Below, piece by piece: positions 40,158 to 50,224 of a stretch of DNA of 64,000 bases (positions are counted from its first letter, which is position 1; every line of letters starts with the position of its first letter). A program made the position numbers and the translations under genes. The DNA comes from an uncultured Candidatus Saccharibacteria bacterium (GTDB lineage: Bacteria; Patescibacteriota; Minisyncoccia; Phycocordibacterales; UBA6899), in contig CAYLUP010000001.1 in NCBI GenBank assembly GCA_964386905.1, positions 109,660 through 173,659 of the forward strand, written 5' to 3'. The notes beneath the pieces were generated by a model. That model was given only the letters and a program-made list of their open reading frames with translations. It made no database searches and was not told the origin of the DNA.

Positions 40158-40159
40158 CA

Positions 40160-40430
40160 GTCCAAAAATCTCAGTTTTTAAACTGAGATTTTTGTTTACT
40201 GTGACCTGGGAAGCAAGTGCCTCAAAAAGGCACTTGCGTGAGGGCTTGAAAAGTCCTAAATCATAGTCGTGTGCAAAGCCATACTCCGTGTTCAGGATAA
40301 ACTCCGCCAAGCCCGCAGTGAGTCTTCGGGATAATCTTGAAAAGTCCTGAATCATAGTCGCGATAAGAATCGCTCCTCGTTCAGGATAAGCTCCGTCAAT
40401 TCCGGAGTGAAGCCTCGAGTGAGGACTGGT
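40160..40430 (+). repeat. tRNA-downstream element (Leu-TAG copy) with internal 91-bp imperfect duplication
   Basis: Terminator 40163-40194; antisense tRNA 40200-40211 and 40240-40250 split by hairpin 40213-40237; cttgaaaagtcct.aatcatagtcg at 40245 and 40336. Confidence 0.8.
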
Positions 40431-40787
40431 GGGTAACACACGCAGATTTATAATGAAGGAAGTGTATATACAGAAGTGCCATGAACCAAGATTCTTTCTG
40501 TGTATTAAAGTCACCATACCTATGTTACAAAAAAGCACGCAACATGCCTACGTGCTGACTGATCAGTAACAAAAGGGTGCTGTCTCTACCGGTGGAAGAA
40601 AGGTGCCTGCACGAACAAGAACATAAATGCACCACCGCACATGGAAGCTGCAATTCGCCCAGCCTTGAAAAAGAAATAATTGACCAATACCGACCTTGTG
40701 TAAATCCGGCTCAATTAAGCCTAGAAATACAAGAAATCCCTTGACCTTTTTAAAATAGTTTGCTAATATATATAGACCGAATCCAGA

Positions 40788-41006
40788 ATGTCGGAAACTA
40801 CTACAAACGAATCATTTATAAACGGCGAAATCATAGAGGCGTTACCAAACACCTTTTTTCGTGTCGAACTCCAAGATGGCCGAGAGGTCATCGGTTTTCT
40901 GTCAGGAAAAATGCGTATGCACCGTATCCGTGTACTCGTTGGAGATAAAGTGATCCTTGCGGATAATCCGCATGGAGGAAAGTTTCGTATAGTAAAGCGC
41001 GTCTAG
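40788..41006 (+). CDS. infA: Translation initiation factor IF-1
   Basis: EALPNTFFRVEL, SGKMR..RIRVLVGDKV; promoter ttgacc-17-taatat at 40741. Confidence 0.96.
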   Translation: MSETTTNESFINGEIIEALPNTFFRVELQDGREVIGFLSGKMRMHRIRVLVGDKVILADNPHGGKFRIVKRV

Positions 41007-41124
41007 TCATCTTTTGGCGCACCTGGCACTGTTTCGTCACTGAACTCGCTCGATGTACTTCAAGTACACCTCGCTTGAGTTTCGGTGACTCCAACAGTGC
41101 CACTTGCATCCAAAATCTGACTAG
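41003..41124. repeat. 122-bp long imperfect palindrome (REP/MITE-like)
   Basis: ctagtca/tgactag, ttttgg/ccaaaa, tggcactgtt/aacagtgcca, gtcactgaa/ttcggtgac, core tgtact-tca-agtaca. Confidence 0.75.
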
Positions 41125-41278
41125 CCGTAGAGAGAATGGCTTTAGAGCCTTTTTCTAGCCGATGCTTTTTCCCTTATCAGAGTATTGGAAGTCATGCTCC
41201 ACATGACCCCTGTATTCATTGGACGGCCTGGAAGTCCTGGAGAAAAAAGTTGAGGTGTTATTCATCAGCAAATAAACT

Positions 41279-41392
41279 ATGCGCGTTCGAGCATCAGTAA
41301 AAACAATTTGCGCTAAGTGTAAGTCGGTTCGCCGCCGCGGAGTACTCCGTGTGATCTGCGATAACCCACGACACAAGCAAAAGCAAGGTTAA
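41279..41392 (+). CDS. rpmJ: 50S ribosomal protein L36 (below the ORF-track cutoff)
   Basis: Manual translation [37 protein letters not shown]. Confidence 0.96.
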   Translation: MRVRASVKTICAKCKSVRRRGVLRVICDNPRHKQKQG

Positions 41393-41409
41393 TTATCTGT
41401 CAAAACCAT

Positions 41410-41787
41410 ATGCGTATTTCAGGTATTACCGTTCCAGATGAGAAGCAGCTTTGGGTTGGCCTCACCGTATTTTACGGAATTGGTTTTTCAACTGCAAAGA
41501 AGATTCTCAAGAATGCTGGAGTTTCCGAGGATAAAAAGCCCGGAGACCTCTCAGAGACTGAGGAGGCACATATCCGTAAGCAAGTAGAGTCTATGACACT
41601 TGAGGGTGACCTTAAGCGTGAAAAAGCTGCTAATATTAAGCGCTTGAAAGATATTCACTGCTATCGCGGTACACGCCACTCAAAGGGACTTCCATCACGA
41701 GGTCAACGTACCAAGACCAATGCTCGCACCTTGAAAGGTGTGAAGAAAACCATGGGTTCTGGTCGTCGCAAAGTAGAAAAGAAATAG
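41410..41787 (+). CDS. rpsM: 30S ribosomal protein S13
   Basis: LEGDLKR, IKRLKDI.CYRG.RH, RGQRTKTNART. Confidence 0.97.
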   Translation: MRISGITVPDEKQLWVGLTVFYGIGFSTAKKILKNAGVSEDKKPGDLSETEEAHIRKQVESMTLEGDLKREKAANIKRLKDIHCYRGTRHSKGLPSRGQRTKTNARTLKGVKKTMGSGRRKVEKK

Positions 41788-41884
41788 TTATTGAGAGTTT
41801 CTCTCAATTACGTTCTTCACAGGAATGTCGCCGATGTAATATGTCGTGTGCACATTCCTCTTAATCATTTAGTTAAATTGTACA

Positions 41885-42319
41885 ATGGGTAAGAAGCGTA
41901 TCGTCAAGAAGGCTGGCTCATCTGTTGACCAGGGTCTCAAGGCTCGCGCACTCGCACGTTCTTCAAAGAGAAAGGTTGCTCATGGTGTGCTCAACATCCA
42001 GTCGACGTACAACAATACAATTGTGACGCTCACAGACGCAGAGGGGAAGGTCCTCATGTGGTCATCTTCAGGTTCACTCGGGTTTGCAGGTGCAAAGAAG
42101 GGTACTCCATTCGCTGCTGCAAAGATTGGTGAACTTATCGCCGAGAAAGCACAGATGATTGGCTTGAAGTCTGTTGACGCAGTTGTAAAAGGAGTAGGAT
42201 CAGGCCGTGAGGCTCCAATCCGCTCATTTATTGCAAAGGGAATTGAGGTTAGCTCAATTCGTGATGTCACGCCGGTTCCACACAATGGTCCTCGTGCGAA
42301 AAAACCACGTCGCATCTAA
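41885..42319 (+). CDS. rpsK: 30S ribosomal protein S11
   Basis: STYNNTIVT, KKGTPFAA, DVTPVPHNG. Confidence 0.97.
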   Translation: MGKKRIVKKAGSSVDQGLKARALARSSKRKVAHGVLNIQSTYNNTIVTLTDAEGKVLMWSSSGSLGFAGAKKGTPFAAAKIGELIAEKAQMIGLKSVDAVVKGVGSGREAPIRSFIAKGIEVSSIRDVTPVPHNGPRAKKPRRI

Positions 42320-42331
42320 CGTAAGACTTAT

Positions 42332-42958
42332 ATGGCAAAGAAGAATACATGTAAAACATGCCGACGCCTTGGTGAGTCTCTCGTACTCCGTGGTGGAAAA
42401 TGTGCATCAGGAAAGTGTGCGTTTGCACGCCGACCGACTCCGCCAGGAAAGCCAATGGCAGAGCGCAAGCATCGCTCAACCATGACTGAATATGGTATGC
42501 AGATGCGTGAAAAGCAGAAGGTTCGTTTCTCGTATGAAATCTCAGAGAAGCAATTCGCTGGATACGTCAAAGAAGCAGCTCATGCAAAGGGTGTTGCCCC
42601 AACAGAAGCTCTTTACGAGCGTTTGGAGCGTCGCCTTGATAACGTTGCATTTGTTCTCGGTTTTCCAAAAAGCCGCGCGCATGCACGCCAAATCGTTTCT
42701 CATGGTCACGTTACTGTGAATGGGAAGAAAATGACAATTCCTTCATATCAAGTTCGCGAAGGAGATGTTGTTGCTGTCCGTGAGGGGAGCAAGTCATCAC
42801 CAATCTTCGCAACAGCGCGTGAGGATATGTCAAAAGCTCCAGAGTGGATTTCAGTTGATTCTTCAAAGCTTGCCGCAACCGTAAAGGGTATGCCAAAGCT
42901 CGACAAGAACCGCATGACGTTCAACCTGCAGTCAGTTATTGAGTTCTACTCACGCTAG
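42332..42958 (+). CDS. rpsD: 30S ribosomal protein S4
   Basis: EYG.Q.REKQK, LERRLDN, ARQIVSHGH, IEFYSR. Confidence 0.97.
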   Translation: MAKKNTCKTCRRLGESLVLRGGKCASGKCAFARRPTPPGKPMAERKHRSTMTEYGMQMREKQKVRFSYEISEKQFAGYVKEAAHAKGVAPTEALYERLERRLDNVAFVLGFPKSRAHARQIVSHGHVTVNGKKMTIPSYQVREGDVVAVREGSKSSPIFATAREDMSKAPEWISVDSSKLAATVKGMPKLDKNRMTFNLQSVIEFYSR

Positions 42959-43088
42959 TTGAGTGTGCTCAAGTCAATTGTTTTGAACACAAAACTTTTG
43001 TTTTTCATAACAGTAATTTAGACGACTGTACAAAAATGTGGTACAGTAGAGTCAATTATTGTTTCACTAATAATATTATCTTTTCGCT

Positions 43089-44066
43089 ATGCCTGACTAT
43101 AACGTTGCATTGCCATCAAAGCCAAAGCCAGTTCTTGAAGAGGGAAACCTTGGTATTTTTGAAATCGAAGGTCTCTATCCTGGCTACGGACACACTCTCG
43201 GCAACTCGCTTCGCCGTATCATTTTGTCATCACTTCCTGGGGCAGCAATCACTGGACTCAAGATCGATGGTGTACTTCATGAGTTTACGGCCATGGAGGG
43301 GGTTAAAGAAGATGTCGTCGCACTTATTTTGAATCTCAAAAAAGTACGTTTTGCTTTATTTGGTGACGATCCGCAAACATTGACACTCAGTGTTCAGGGT
43401 CCGGCAGTCGTTACTGCTGCAAACATTATTCCCAATGGTCAGTGTGAAGTGCTTACTCCAGAGCAATATATCTGTGAACTAACAGACAAGAATACAAATC
43501 TTGTCATGGAGATGACAATCGAGAAAGGTCTGGGATATCTCCCAAAAGAGATGATTCAGAAAGAGAAGGTGGATATCGGTGCAATTGCACTTGATGCAGC
43601 CTTTACCCCAATCCGCCGTGTGAACTACGAAGTAGAACCAATGCGTGTCGGAGATCGTACAGACTACAACCGATTGAAGATTTCTATTGAAACGGATGGA
43701 ACACTTACACCACGTAAGGCAATTGAAGATGCAATCGAGATCATAATTCATCAACTCAAGGCCATCGTAGGTTTTAAGGAGGAGGAAGTACTTCCAGAAA
43801 CAATCCCAACACCTGAAGAAATTCGTGAGGAGGCAACTCCAATGCAGGAAGAAAAGGTTGATACAGAGTTTTTGAAAATTCGTATTGATTCACTTGATCT
43901 TTCTGCACGAACATTGAATGCACTTGGGAATGCAGGTATTCGAACTCTTGGTGGACTTGTGCGGAAAACCGCAGATGACCTCCTGGATATCGAGGGGCTT
44001 GGCGAAAAGGGCTTACAGGAGATCAAACGCGCACTATCAAATTTTGGTGTGACGTTGAAGCAATAA
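43089..44066 (+). CDS. rpoA: RNA polymerase alpha subunit
   Basis: GYGHTLGNSLRRIILSS, HEF, LDLSARTLNAL. Confidence 0.97.
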   Translation: MPDYNVALPSKPKPVLEEGNLGIFEIEGLYPGYGHTLGNSLRRIILSSLPGAAITGLKIDGVLHEFTAMEGVKEDVVALILNLKKVRFALFGDDPQTLTLSVQGPAVVTAANIIPNGQCEVLTPEQYICELTDKNTNLVMEMTIEKGLGYLPKEMIQKEKVDIGAIALDAAFTPIRRVNYEVEPMRVGDRTDYNRLKISIETDGTLTPRKAIEDAIEIIIHQLKAIVGFKEEEVLPETIPTPEEIREEATPMQEEKVDTEFLKIRIDSLDLSARTLNALGNAGIRTLGGLVRKTADDLLDIEGLGEKGLQEIKRALSNFGVTLKQ

Positions 44067-44072
44067 TTCGTC

Positions 44073-44432
44073 ATGAGGCATCATAATTCAGTAAAGAAGT
44101 TCGGACGACAATCAGGTCAGCGCCTCGCGCTCATGCGTTCACTGATGAACAATATGATCACACATGGTCGTATTGTCACCACTGAAGCTAAAGCGAAGGC
44201 ACTTCGTCCAGCTATTGAAAAGCTTGTCACTAAGGCACGATCAGTTGACGTTGCGACAATTCGTGACATCACTGCTCGGCTTGGAAACAACAAGGAGACG
44301 ACCACAAAGCTGACTAAGGAGATTGCTCCGAAGTATGTTGGTCGTAACGGTGGATACACCCGTATTATTAAACTTGGGGCACGCTCAGGTCGTGGTGATG
44401 CAAGCCCTATGGCACTCATTGAATTCATTTAA
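44073..44432 (+). CDS. rplQ: 50S ribosomal protein L17
   Basis: MRH, TTEAKAK, RNGGYTRIIK. Confidence 0.97.
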   Translation: MRHHNSVKKFGRQSGQRLALMRSLMNNMITHGRIVTTEAKAKALRPAIEKLVTKARSVDVATIRDITARLGNNKETTTKLTKEIAPKYVGRNGGYTRIIKLGARSGRGDASPMALIEFI

Positions 44433-44434
44433 TT

Positions 44435-44779
44435 ATGGAACACATCATTGATGCTAAGGGTCAATCACTTGGCCGCGTTGCAAGCGAAGCAGCTCACGTC
44501 TTACTTGGTAAGGATACAGTCGATTTCGCAAAAAACGTTGTCCGAAAAGTAAAGGTGAAGGTTATCAACGCATCTCAACTCTCTATTGATGAGAAGAAGA
44601 TGGGTCAGAAAACATACCACATTTACACCGGATATGTAGGTAACCAAAAAAGCCCAACCCTCGCACAGGTCGTAGCCAAGAAGGGGTATGGGGAGGCTGT
44701 GAAGATTGCGGTAAAGGGTATGCTTCCAGGCAATACTCTTCGTGACAAGCGTCTCAAGAACCTATCTGTTGAAGAATAA
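44435..44779 (+). CDS. rplM: 50S ribosomal protein L13 (short)
   Basis: IDAKG.SLGRVAS, YTGYVG, AVKGMLP.N. Confidence 0.93.
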   Translation: MEHIIDAKGQSLGRVASEAAHVLLGKDTVDFAKNVVRKVKVKVINASQLSIDEKKMGQKTYHIYTGYVGNQKSPTLAQVVAKKGYGEAVKIAVKGMLPGNTLRDKRLKNLSVEE

Positions 44780-44780
44780 T

Positions 44781-45197
44781 ATGACAACAGCAAAGAAAAA
44801 GGTTGGTCCTTCATATATTGAAGGCATTGGTCGCCGAAAAACAGCTGTCGCACGCGTCCGTATTATCGCGGGAGGAAAAAACTCCATGGTAGTAAACGGA
44901 AAGGATGTTACAGAGTATTTTGGCCCAGAAAAGCTTGCCGCAGTTGCTCTTTCTCCTGTCACACGTGATGGTGCAGAAGGGAAGTACGAGGTAAGCGTGA
45001 AGGTTTTGGGCGGTGGCCCTTCAGCACAAGCTGAGGCAATTCGCCACGGACTTTCACGAGCTCTTGTTATGGAGGTTGCTGACGTAAAGAGCTCATTAAA
45101 AGCTCTTGGATATCTCAAGCGAGATTCTCGCGAGGTTGAGCGTAAGCACTTTGGTTTCAAGAAGGCACGCAAGGCTTCACAGTGGAGCAAGCGATAA
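44781..45197 (+). CDS. rpsI: 30S ribosomal protein S9
   Basis: GRRKTAVARV, GGG..QAEAIRHG, KKARKASQWSKR. Confidence 0.97.
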   Translation: MTTAKKKVGPSYIEGIGRRKTAVARVRIIAGGKNSMVVNGKDVTEYFGPEKLAAVALSPVTRDGAEGKYEVSVKVLGGGPSAQAEAIRHGLSRALVMEVADVKSSLKALGYLKRDSREVERKHFGFKKARKASQWSKR

Positions 45198-45252
45198 AAA
45201 ATCCCGTATGGGATTTTTTATATACCAACGAATGCTATGGTATACTAGTAGT

Positions 45253-46374
45253 ATGTTGAAGCGAGTATCAGCACTTTTTGCGTCAGATAAACGCCCTGTA
45301 GATTACGTATTTTTGACACTGCTTGTGACATTGATTATCGTTGGCTTGTTTATTTTTTTCTCAGCCAGCCTCCAATCCCTCGGCCAGGCAAAGTGGAATA
45401 GTCTTATGGTCAGGCAAATTGGATATAGTTTGGGTATTGGAGGTACGCTATTGTTTGCATTCTCACGCTTTCAGTACAAAGCTCTTGCTCCATGGGGACT
45501 CGGTCTTCTCATTGCTGCTTTTGGTGTTTCTTCCCTTGTATTTATTCCTGGACTAGGTATGACGCATGGAGGTGGACAGCGCTGGTTGGATCTTGGCGTA
45601 ATTAATGTTCAGCCTGGTGAGTTTTTGAAATTTGCATCCGTTGTTTTTTTTGCTGTTTGGTTTGCGAAATGGAAGAGAAAACTTGAGGATTGGAAATTTA
45701 GCGTGCTCCCACTTGTTATAGTAGTTGGGTCTATTGGTCTCTTATTGTTTCTACAGAAAGATATAGGGACACTTGTGATCATTGCGTCAACGGTCTTTTT
45801 TATGTTTTTAGTAAGCAATGCATCTCGAAAACACGTTCTTCTTGTTCTTTTGTGTGGCTTCTGTTTTGCAGGTGCTGCAGCTGTTTTTATTCCACACGTC
45901 AAGCAACGAGTTATGACTTTTATTTCTCTCGATGATCCACAAGGAGCTGGTTGGCAGGTTCGCCAATCTCTTATCGCTGTTGGATCTGGTGGAGTGGTTG
46001 GGAAGGGTTATCTGCAAAGTGTTCAACGTTTTAACTATCTTCCTGAAGCCCATGGTGACTCTATCTTTGCTGTAGTTTCAGAAGAATTTGGCTTTATCGG
46101 TTCATCACTTCTTATTATTTTGTATGTCCTTTTCGCACTTCGTGCATTTAAAATAGCAAATAAAGCCCCTGACGATTTTTCAATGCTTCTTGCTACCGGG
46201 TTTACCTCGATGATTATTGTACAATCTTTTTTGAACATTGGCTCTGTTATTAACCTTATTCCATTTACTGGAGAGCCACTTGTATTTATCAGTCAGGGAG
46301 GAACAGCACTTGTTATTGCTATGTCTGCGTCAGGAATTATTTTAAATATTTCTCGTTATCAAAAAGGTCTATGA
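45253..46374 (+). CDS. ftsW: SEDS protein FtsW
   Basis: RWL.LG..VQP.EF.K, LPEAHGDSIF, E.GF.G, FISQGG; precedes murG. Confidence 0.88.
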   Translation: MLKRVSALFASDKRPVDYVFLTLLVTLIIVGLFIFFSASLQSLGQAKWNSLMVRQIGYSLGIGGTLLFAFSRFQYKALAPWGLGLLIAAFGVSSLVFIPGLGMTHGGGQRWLDLGVINVQPGEFLKFASVVFFAVWFAKWKRKLEDWKFSVLPLVIVVGSIGLLLFLQKDIGTLVIIASTVFFMFLVSNASRKHVLLVLLCGFCFAGAAAVFIPHVKQRVMTFISLDDPQGAGWQVRQSLIAVGSGGVVGKGYLQSVQRFNYLPEAHGDSIFAVVSEEFGFIGSSLLIILYVLFALRAFKIANKAPDDFSMLLATGFTSMIIVQSFLNIGSVINLIPFTGEPLVFISQGGTALVIAMSASGIILNISRYQKGL

Positions 46375-47501
46375 AAATACTATTTACTGGAGGTGGCACA
46401 GGTGGTCATTTTTATCCAATTATTGCAGTTGCGGATGCTGTCCGTTCCGTAGCAAAGGAAGAGCATGTTCAGGTCCCAGATTTATATTTTGTTTCAGATA
46501 ATCCCATAGACGCATCGCTTCTTGCGGCACTTGATATTGGCTATATTGAGGTTATGGCAGGAAAAAAACGAACGTATGCAGCTCTGCAAAATATTCTTGA
46601 TATCTTTAAAACACTCTCTGGCATTTGCATTGCTATTTGGAAGCTTTTCTCTATATATCCTGACGTCGTTTTTGGAAAAGGTGGATATGCAAGTTTTCCA
46701 ATTCTTTTTGCTGCACGAATACTACGTATTCCTGTTGTTATTCATGAAAGTGATTCAGTCCCTGGCAGAGTAAATGCATGGGCAGGAAAATTTGCGCAAT
46801 ATATTGCAGTATCATATCCAGAAGCATCCTCCGCATTTCCTTCAGGAGCGCACATTGCTCACACAGGACAACCTGTTCGAAAGATCCTCTTGACCCCTGT
46901 TGATATTGATGTCTATGAGACTTTCGGGTTGCCAAAAGACAAGCCAGTTTTGCTTGTGCTTGGTGGTTCTCAGGGATCACAAGCCATTAATGACGTCCTC
47001 CTTGATTCGCTCCCAGAACTTCTTCATCACTACATTATTATTCATCAAGCAGGAGAATCAAATCTGGAATGGGTTCGATTGAGAGCGAGCAGCCTCCTTT
47101 CTGGCCATCCACATGCAGAGCAGTATCTTCCGTATGGCTTTATTGATGGACAAACCCTTCGTGCATTTGGGTCAATAGCTACGCTCGTGATTTCGCGTGC
47201 TGGATCGACAATCTTTGAAATTTCTATGTGGGGAAAGCCATCGATCTTAATTCCTCTTCCAATTGCCCATGGTGATCACCAGCGTGTAAATGCGTATGGA
47301 TATGCACGAAAAGGTGCTGCTCTTGTCCTCGAGCAGACAAATTTGAAGTCTTCAATTTTTGTGACAACCATTACTCGCTTAATAGCTAATACGCATCGTT
47401 TGGAAGAAATGTCTCACGCCGCGAAAGAGTTTTTTATCCCAGATGCGCCAGAAAAAATCGCACACGTTCTTCTTTCTATTGCAACATCTCATCAGAAATA
47501 G
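46371..47501 (+). CDS. murG: MurG GlcNAc transferase
   Basis: TGGGTGGHFYP, GGYAS, HESD, GGSQGS, HQ..NA. Confidence 0.95.
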   Translation: MKILFTGGGTGGHFYPIIAVADAVRSVAKEEHVQVPDLYFVSDNPIDASLLAALDIGYIEVMAGKKRTYAALQNILDIFKTLSGICIAIWKLFSIYPDVVFGKGGYASFPILFAARILRIPVVIHESDSVPGRVNAWAGKFAQYIAVSYPEASSAFPSGAHIAHTGQPVRKILLTPVDIDVYETFGLPKDKPVLLVLGGSQGSQAINDVLLDSLPELLHHYIIIHQAGESNLEWVRLRASSLLSGHPHAEQYLPYGFIDGQTLRAFGSIATLVISRAGSTIFEISMWGKPSILIPLPIAHGDHQRVNAYGYARKGAALVLEQTNLKSSIFVTTITRLIANTHRLEEMSHAAKEFFIPDAPEKIAHVLLSIATSHQK

Positions 47502-47572
47502 CAAAAATACTATAGTTGTGAATCCATTGTCATGGAAGAGAAACGTGATAGAATGGCTATAAATAAGGAAAT

Positions 47573-48925
47573 ATGGAAAATTCATCCACTAAGATTATTA
47601 CTCGATTTGCGCCATCACCAACTGGCAAATTTCATGTTGGCGGCATACGCACAGCACTCTATAACTATCTGTATGCTCGCAAAATGCAAGGCACTTTTAT
47701 TTTGCGTTGCGAAGACACTGATCCTATCCGTTCAAAAAAAGAATACGAGGATTATTTTCTTGAGCTATTTGAATGGCTTGGTCTAGAGTACGATGCATAT
47801 TATCGTCAAAGCGAAAGAACTCATATCTACAAAAAGTATCTTGAAAAACTGATTGCTGAAGACAAAGCGTATGTTTCAAAGGAAATTCCCAAAGAAGAGG
47901 GGCAGCGCGATGAAGTCATACGTTTGAGAAATCCTGGTAAGGTTGTAACCTTCCATGATGAAGTTCTTGGGGATATTTCTGTTGATACGACGGACTTGGG
48001 TGATTTTGTGATTGCTCGAGAACTCGATTCGCCCGTATATCATTTTACTGTTGTTGTTGATGATTATGAAATGGGCGTGACACATATTATTCGAGGGCAA
48101 GAGCATGTTTCAAATACACCTCGTCAAATCTTGATTCAAGAGGCAATTGGTGCTCCTCGACCAAAGTATGCCCATGCTTCTGTTATTTTAAATAATGAAC
48201 GAGCAAAGTTAAGCAAACGTGATCCTCTCGTTCGGCCCGCTCTTGAATATAAGACTGAAGGATACTTACCACTCGGAATGTTGAACTTCATGGCACTCCT
48301 TGGATGGAACCCTGGTACAGAACAAGAAATTTTTTCAAAAGATGATCTCATTCATGCATTTTCATTGGAAAAACTTCAAAAGCCTGGTGCAATTTTCAAT
48401 CCTGAGAAGCTGGAGTGGGTAAATCGAGAGCACATAAAACTGATGAGCGCGGAGAATCGCATCGCTATGGCAAAAGCATATTTCCCTGAGGATGTTCGGA
48501 ACCACCCCGCATTCGACAAAATGTATTCCGTTTTTGCCCCGTTGCTTATTGAGCGTATTTCGCATTTTGGGGAAATTGCTGACCTTGTTGCGCAAGGAGA
48601 AATTGATTTTTATCTCAATCCTCCACAAATTACACGTGAACAATTATTTTGGAAAGAAGAAGCTGATCCAGTACAGATTGAAAAAAGGCTTCGCGTTGTC
48701 CGTGAAAGAGTACAGCAACTTGCCGACGATATTACCCCAGAAAGTGCAAAAAATGCTCTCTGGGATTATGCAGAAGAAGAGGGGAGGGGTCAGGTGCTAT
48801 GGCCAACTCGCGTTGCTCTTTCTGGGAAAGAAAAATCACCAGATCCTTTTACACTTCTTTCGCAGCTTGGAAAACAGGAATCACTTGCTCGGATTGATCG
48901 TGCAATTGGAGTCTGTCGTATTTAA
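47573..48925 (+). CDS. gltX: Glutamate--tRNA ligase
   Basis: RFAPSPTG.FHVGG, IIRGQEH, KLSKR. Confidence 0.95.
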   Translation: MENSSTKIITRFAPSPTGKFHVGGIRTALYNYLYARKMQGTFILRCEDTDPIRSKKEYEDYFLELFEWLGLEYDAYYRQSERTHIYKKYLEKLIAEDKAYVSKEIPKEEGQRDEVIRLRNPGKVVTFHDEVLGDISVDTTDLGDFVIARELDSPVYHFTVVVDDYEMGVTHIIRGQEHVSNTPRQILIQEAIGAPRPKYAHASVILNNERAKLSKRDPLVRPALEYKTEGYLPLGMLNFMALLGWNPGTEQEIFSKDDLIHAFSLEKLQKPGAIFNPEKLEWVNREHIKLMSAENRIAMAKAYFPEDVRNHPAFDKMYSVFAPLLIERISHFGEIADLVAQGEIDFYLNPPQITREQLFWKEEADPVQIEKRLRVVRERVQQLADDITPESAKNALWDYAEEEGRGQVLWPTRVALSGKEKSPDPFTLLSQLGKQESLARIDRAIGVCRI

Positions 48926-48931
48926 TCTCTT

Positions 48932-50224
48932 ATGTTCACAAAAAAGTCCTTTTTGAAGTATCAATTATATGCAGGGATCCTTGCGCTTGTGGTAGGCGCA
49001 AGTTTTTCAGTATCTCATCGTGCAATAGCACAGACCGCTACGGCGATTCAGGATAAAATCGAAAACCACAAAGACTCACTTGAAAAGCTAAATGAAGAAA
49101 TCGGACAATTAAAAAATCAGATTGATACGATTGGCAAGCAAAAAAAGACCCTCCAGAATGAAATAAAAAGTATAGAACTTGTCCGGCAAAAAATACAAAA
49201 AGAGGCAGAAATTACTAGAATTAAAGCACAACGGACAAATACTGCAATTTCATCTTTAGAAAGAAGCATTAAGGATAAACAGCTCGCGGTCGCTCGCCAA
49301 AAAGAGGCTGTAACATTTGCAATACAGCGTATTGCAGAATATGATAACCGCTCCATGCTTGAAATGCTTCTTTCCGCCGATTCACTTTCCGATGCGTTTG
49401 AGGAGGCTGACCAGCTGGAGCAGGTACAATCTTCGTTTGTAGAGCACATGAGAACACTCCAGGGTCTTACGAAGGATCTTGAAACAGATAAAATACGTCA
49501 ACAAGAGGAACATAAAAAAGCAAAAGCGTATTCGAAAGAACTTACCGAACAAGAAGGACTCGTTAATGAAAAAAAACTAGAGCGCACAGCTCTTGTAAAG
49601 GAAACCAGTAATAAAGAGTCGCAATACCAAGCGCAGCTTGCAGAAAAAGAAAGAAGAAAAAAACAGTTTGAGCAAGAGCTCCAGCAATTTGAAGCAAGCT
49701 TGAAAGCAAGTGTTGATTCAACAACATTTCCAAAGGCAGGTACAAAAGTATTCCTTATGCCTATTGCGAGTACTCGAATTACTCAACATTTTGGCTATAC
49801 CGCTGCAGCAAAGTATCTGTACGCTTCAGGAAAACACTCAGGGACAGATTTTGCCGCACAGGTTGGTACTCCGGTGGTATCAGTTGCACCTGGTATCGTT
49901 GAGGCTACGGGAGATACGGATATCGCATGTCGTGGTGCTTCTTATGGTAAATATGTCTATGTAAAGCACAAAAATGGCCTCTCTACGCTGTATGCACACT
50001 TGAGTCGAATATCGGTCGCACAGGGTCAGGAAGTCGGCGCACAAGAGCTCCTGGGCTATTCTGGGAATACAGGATACTCAACTGGACCGCACTTACACCT
50101 TGGGTTGTACGTGTCCTCAGCAACGAAGGTAGACAATGTGCCGAGCCAATCCTGTCGTGGTGCAGTATTTCGAATGCCTGTTGCACCAAAAGAAGCATAC
50201 CTTGATTTTGAGAACTATATCTAA
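48932..50224 (+). CDS. M23 murein endopeptidase with long coiled coil
   Basis: Signal peptide, coiled coil, HSGTD, LYAHL, TGPHLH. Confidence 0.9.
   Translation: MFTKKSFLKYQLYAGILALVVGASFSVSHRAIAQTATAIQDKIENHKDSLEKLNEEIGQLKNQIDTIGKQKKTLQNEIKSIELVRQKIQKEAEITRIKAQRTNTAISSLERSIKDKQLAVARQKEAVTFAIQRIAEYDNRSMLEMLLSADSLSDAFEEADQLEQVQSSFVEHMRTLQGLTKDLETDKIRQQEEHKKAKAYSKELTEQEGLVNEKKLERTALVKETSNKESQYQAQLAEKERRKKQFEQELQQFEASLKASVDSTTFPKAGTKVFLMPIASTRITQHFGYTAAAKYLYASGKHSGTDFAAQVGTPVVSVAPGIVEATGDTDIACRGASYGKYVYVKHKNGLSTLYAHLSRISVAQGQEVGAQELLGYSGNTGYSTGPHLHLGLYVSSATKVDNVPSQSCRGAVFRMPVAPKEAYLDFENYI

Noticed and set aside
39987-40538. 183-aa minus-strand ORF
   Set aside because: Spans tRNA-Leu(TAG) and its element; no protein-like motifs.
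40500-40745. TGA read-through ORF suggesting genetic code 25
   Set aside because: Conserved genes here have no in-frame TGA, and several end in TGA (GH15, pgi, ftsW), so code 11 applies.
41279-42958. Zn-ribbon forms of L36 and S4
   Set aside because: Ordinary C+ variants.
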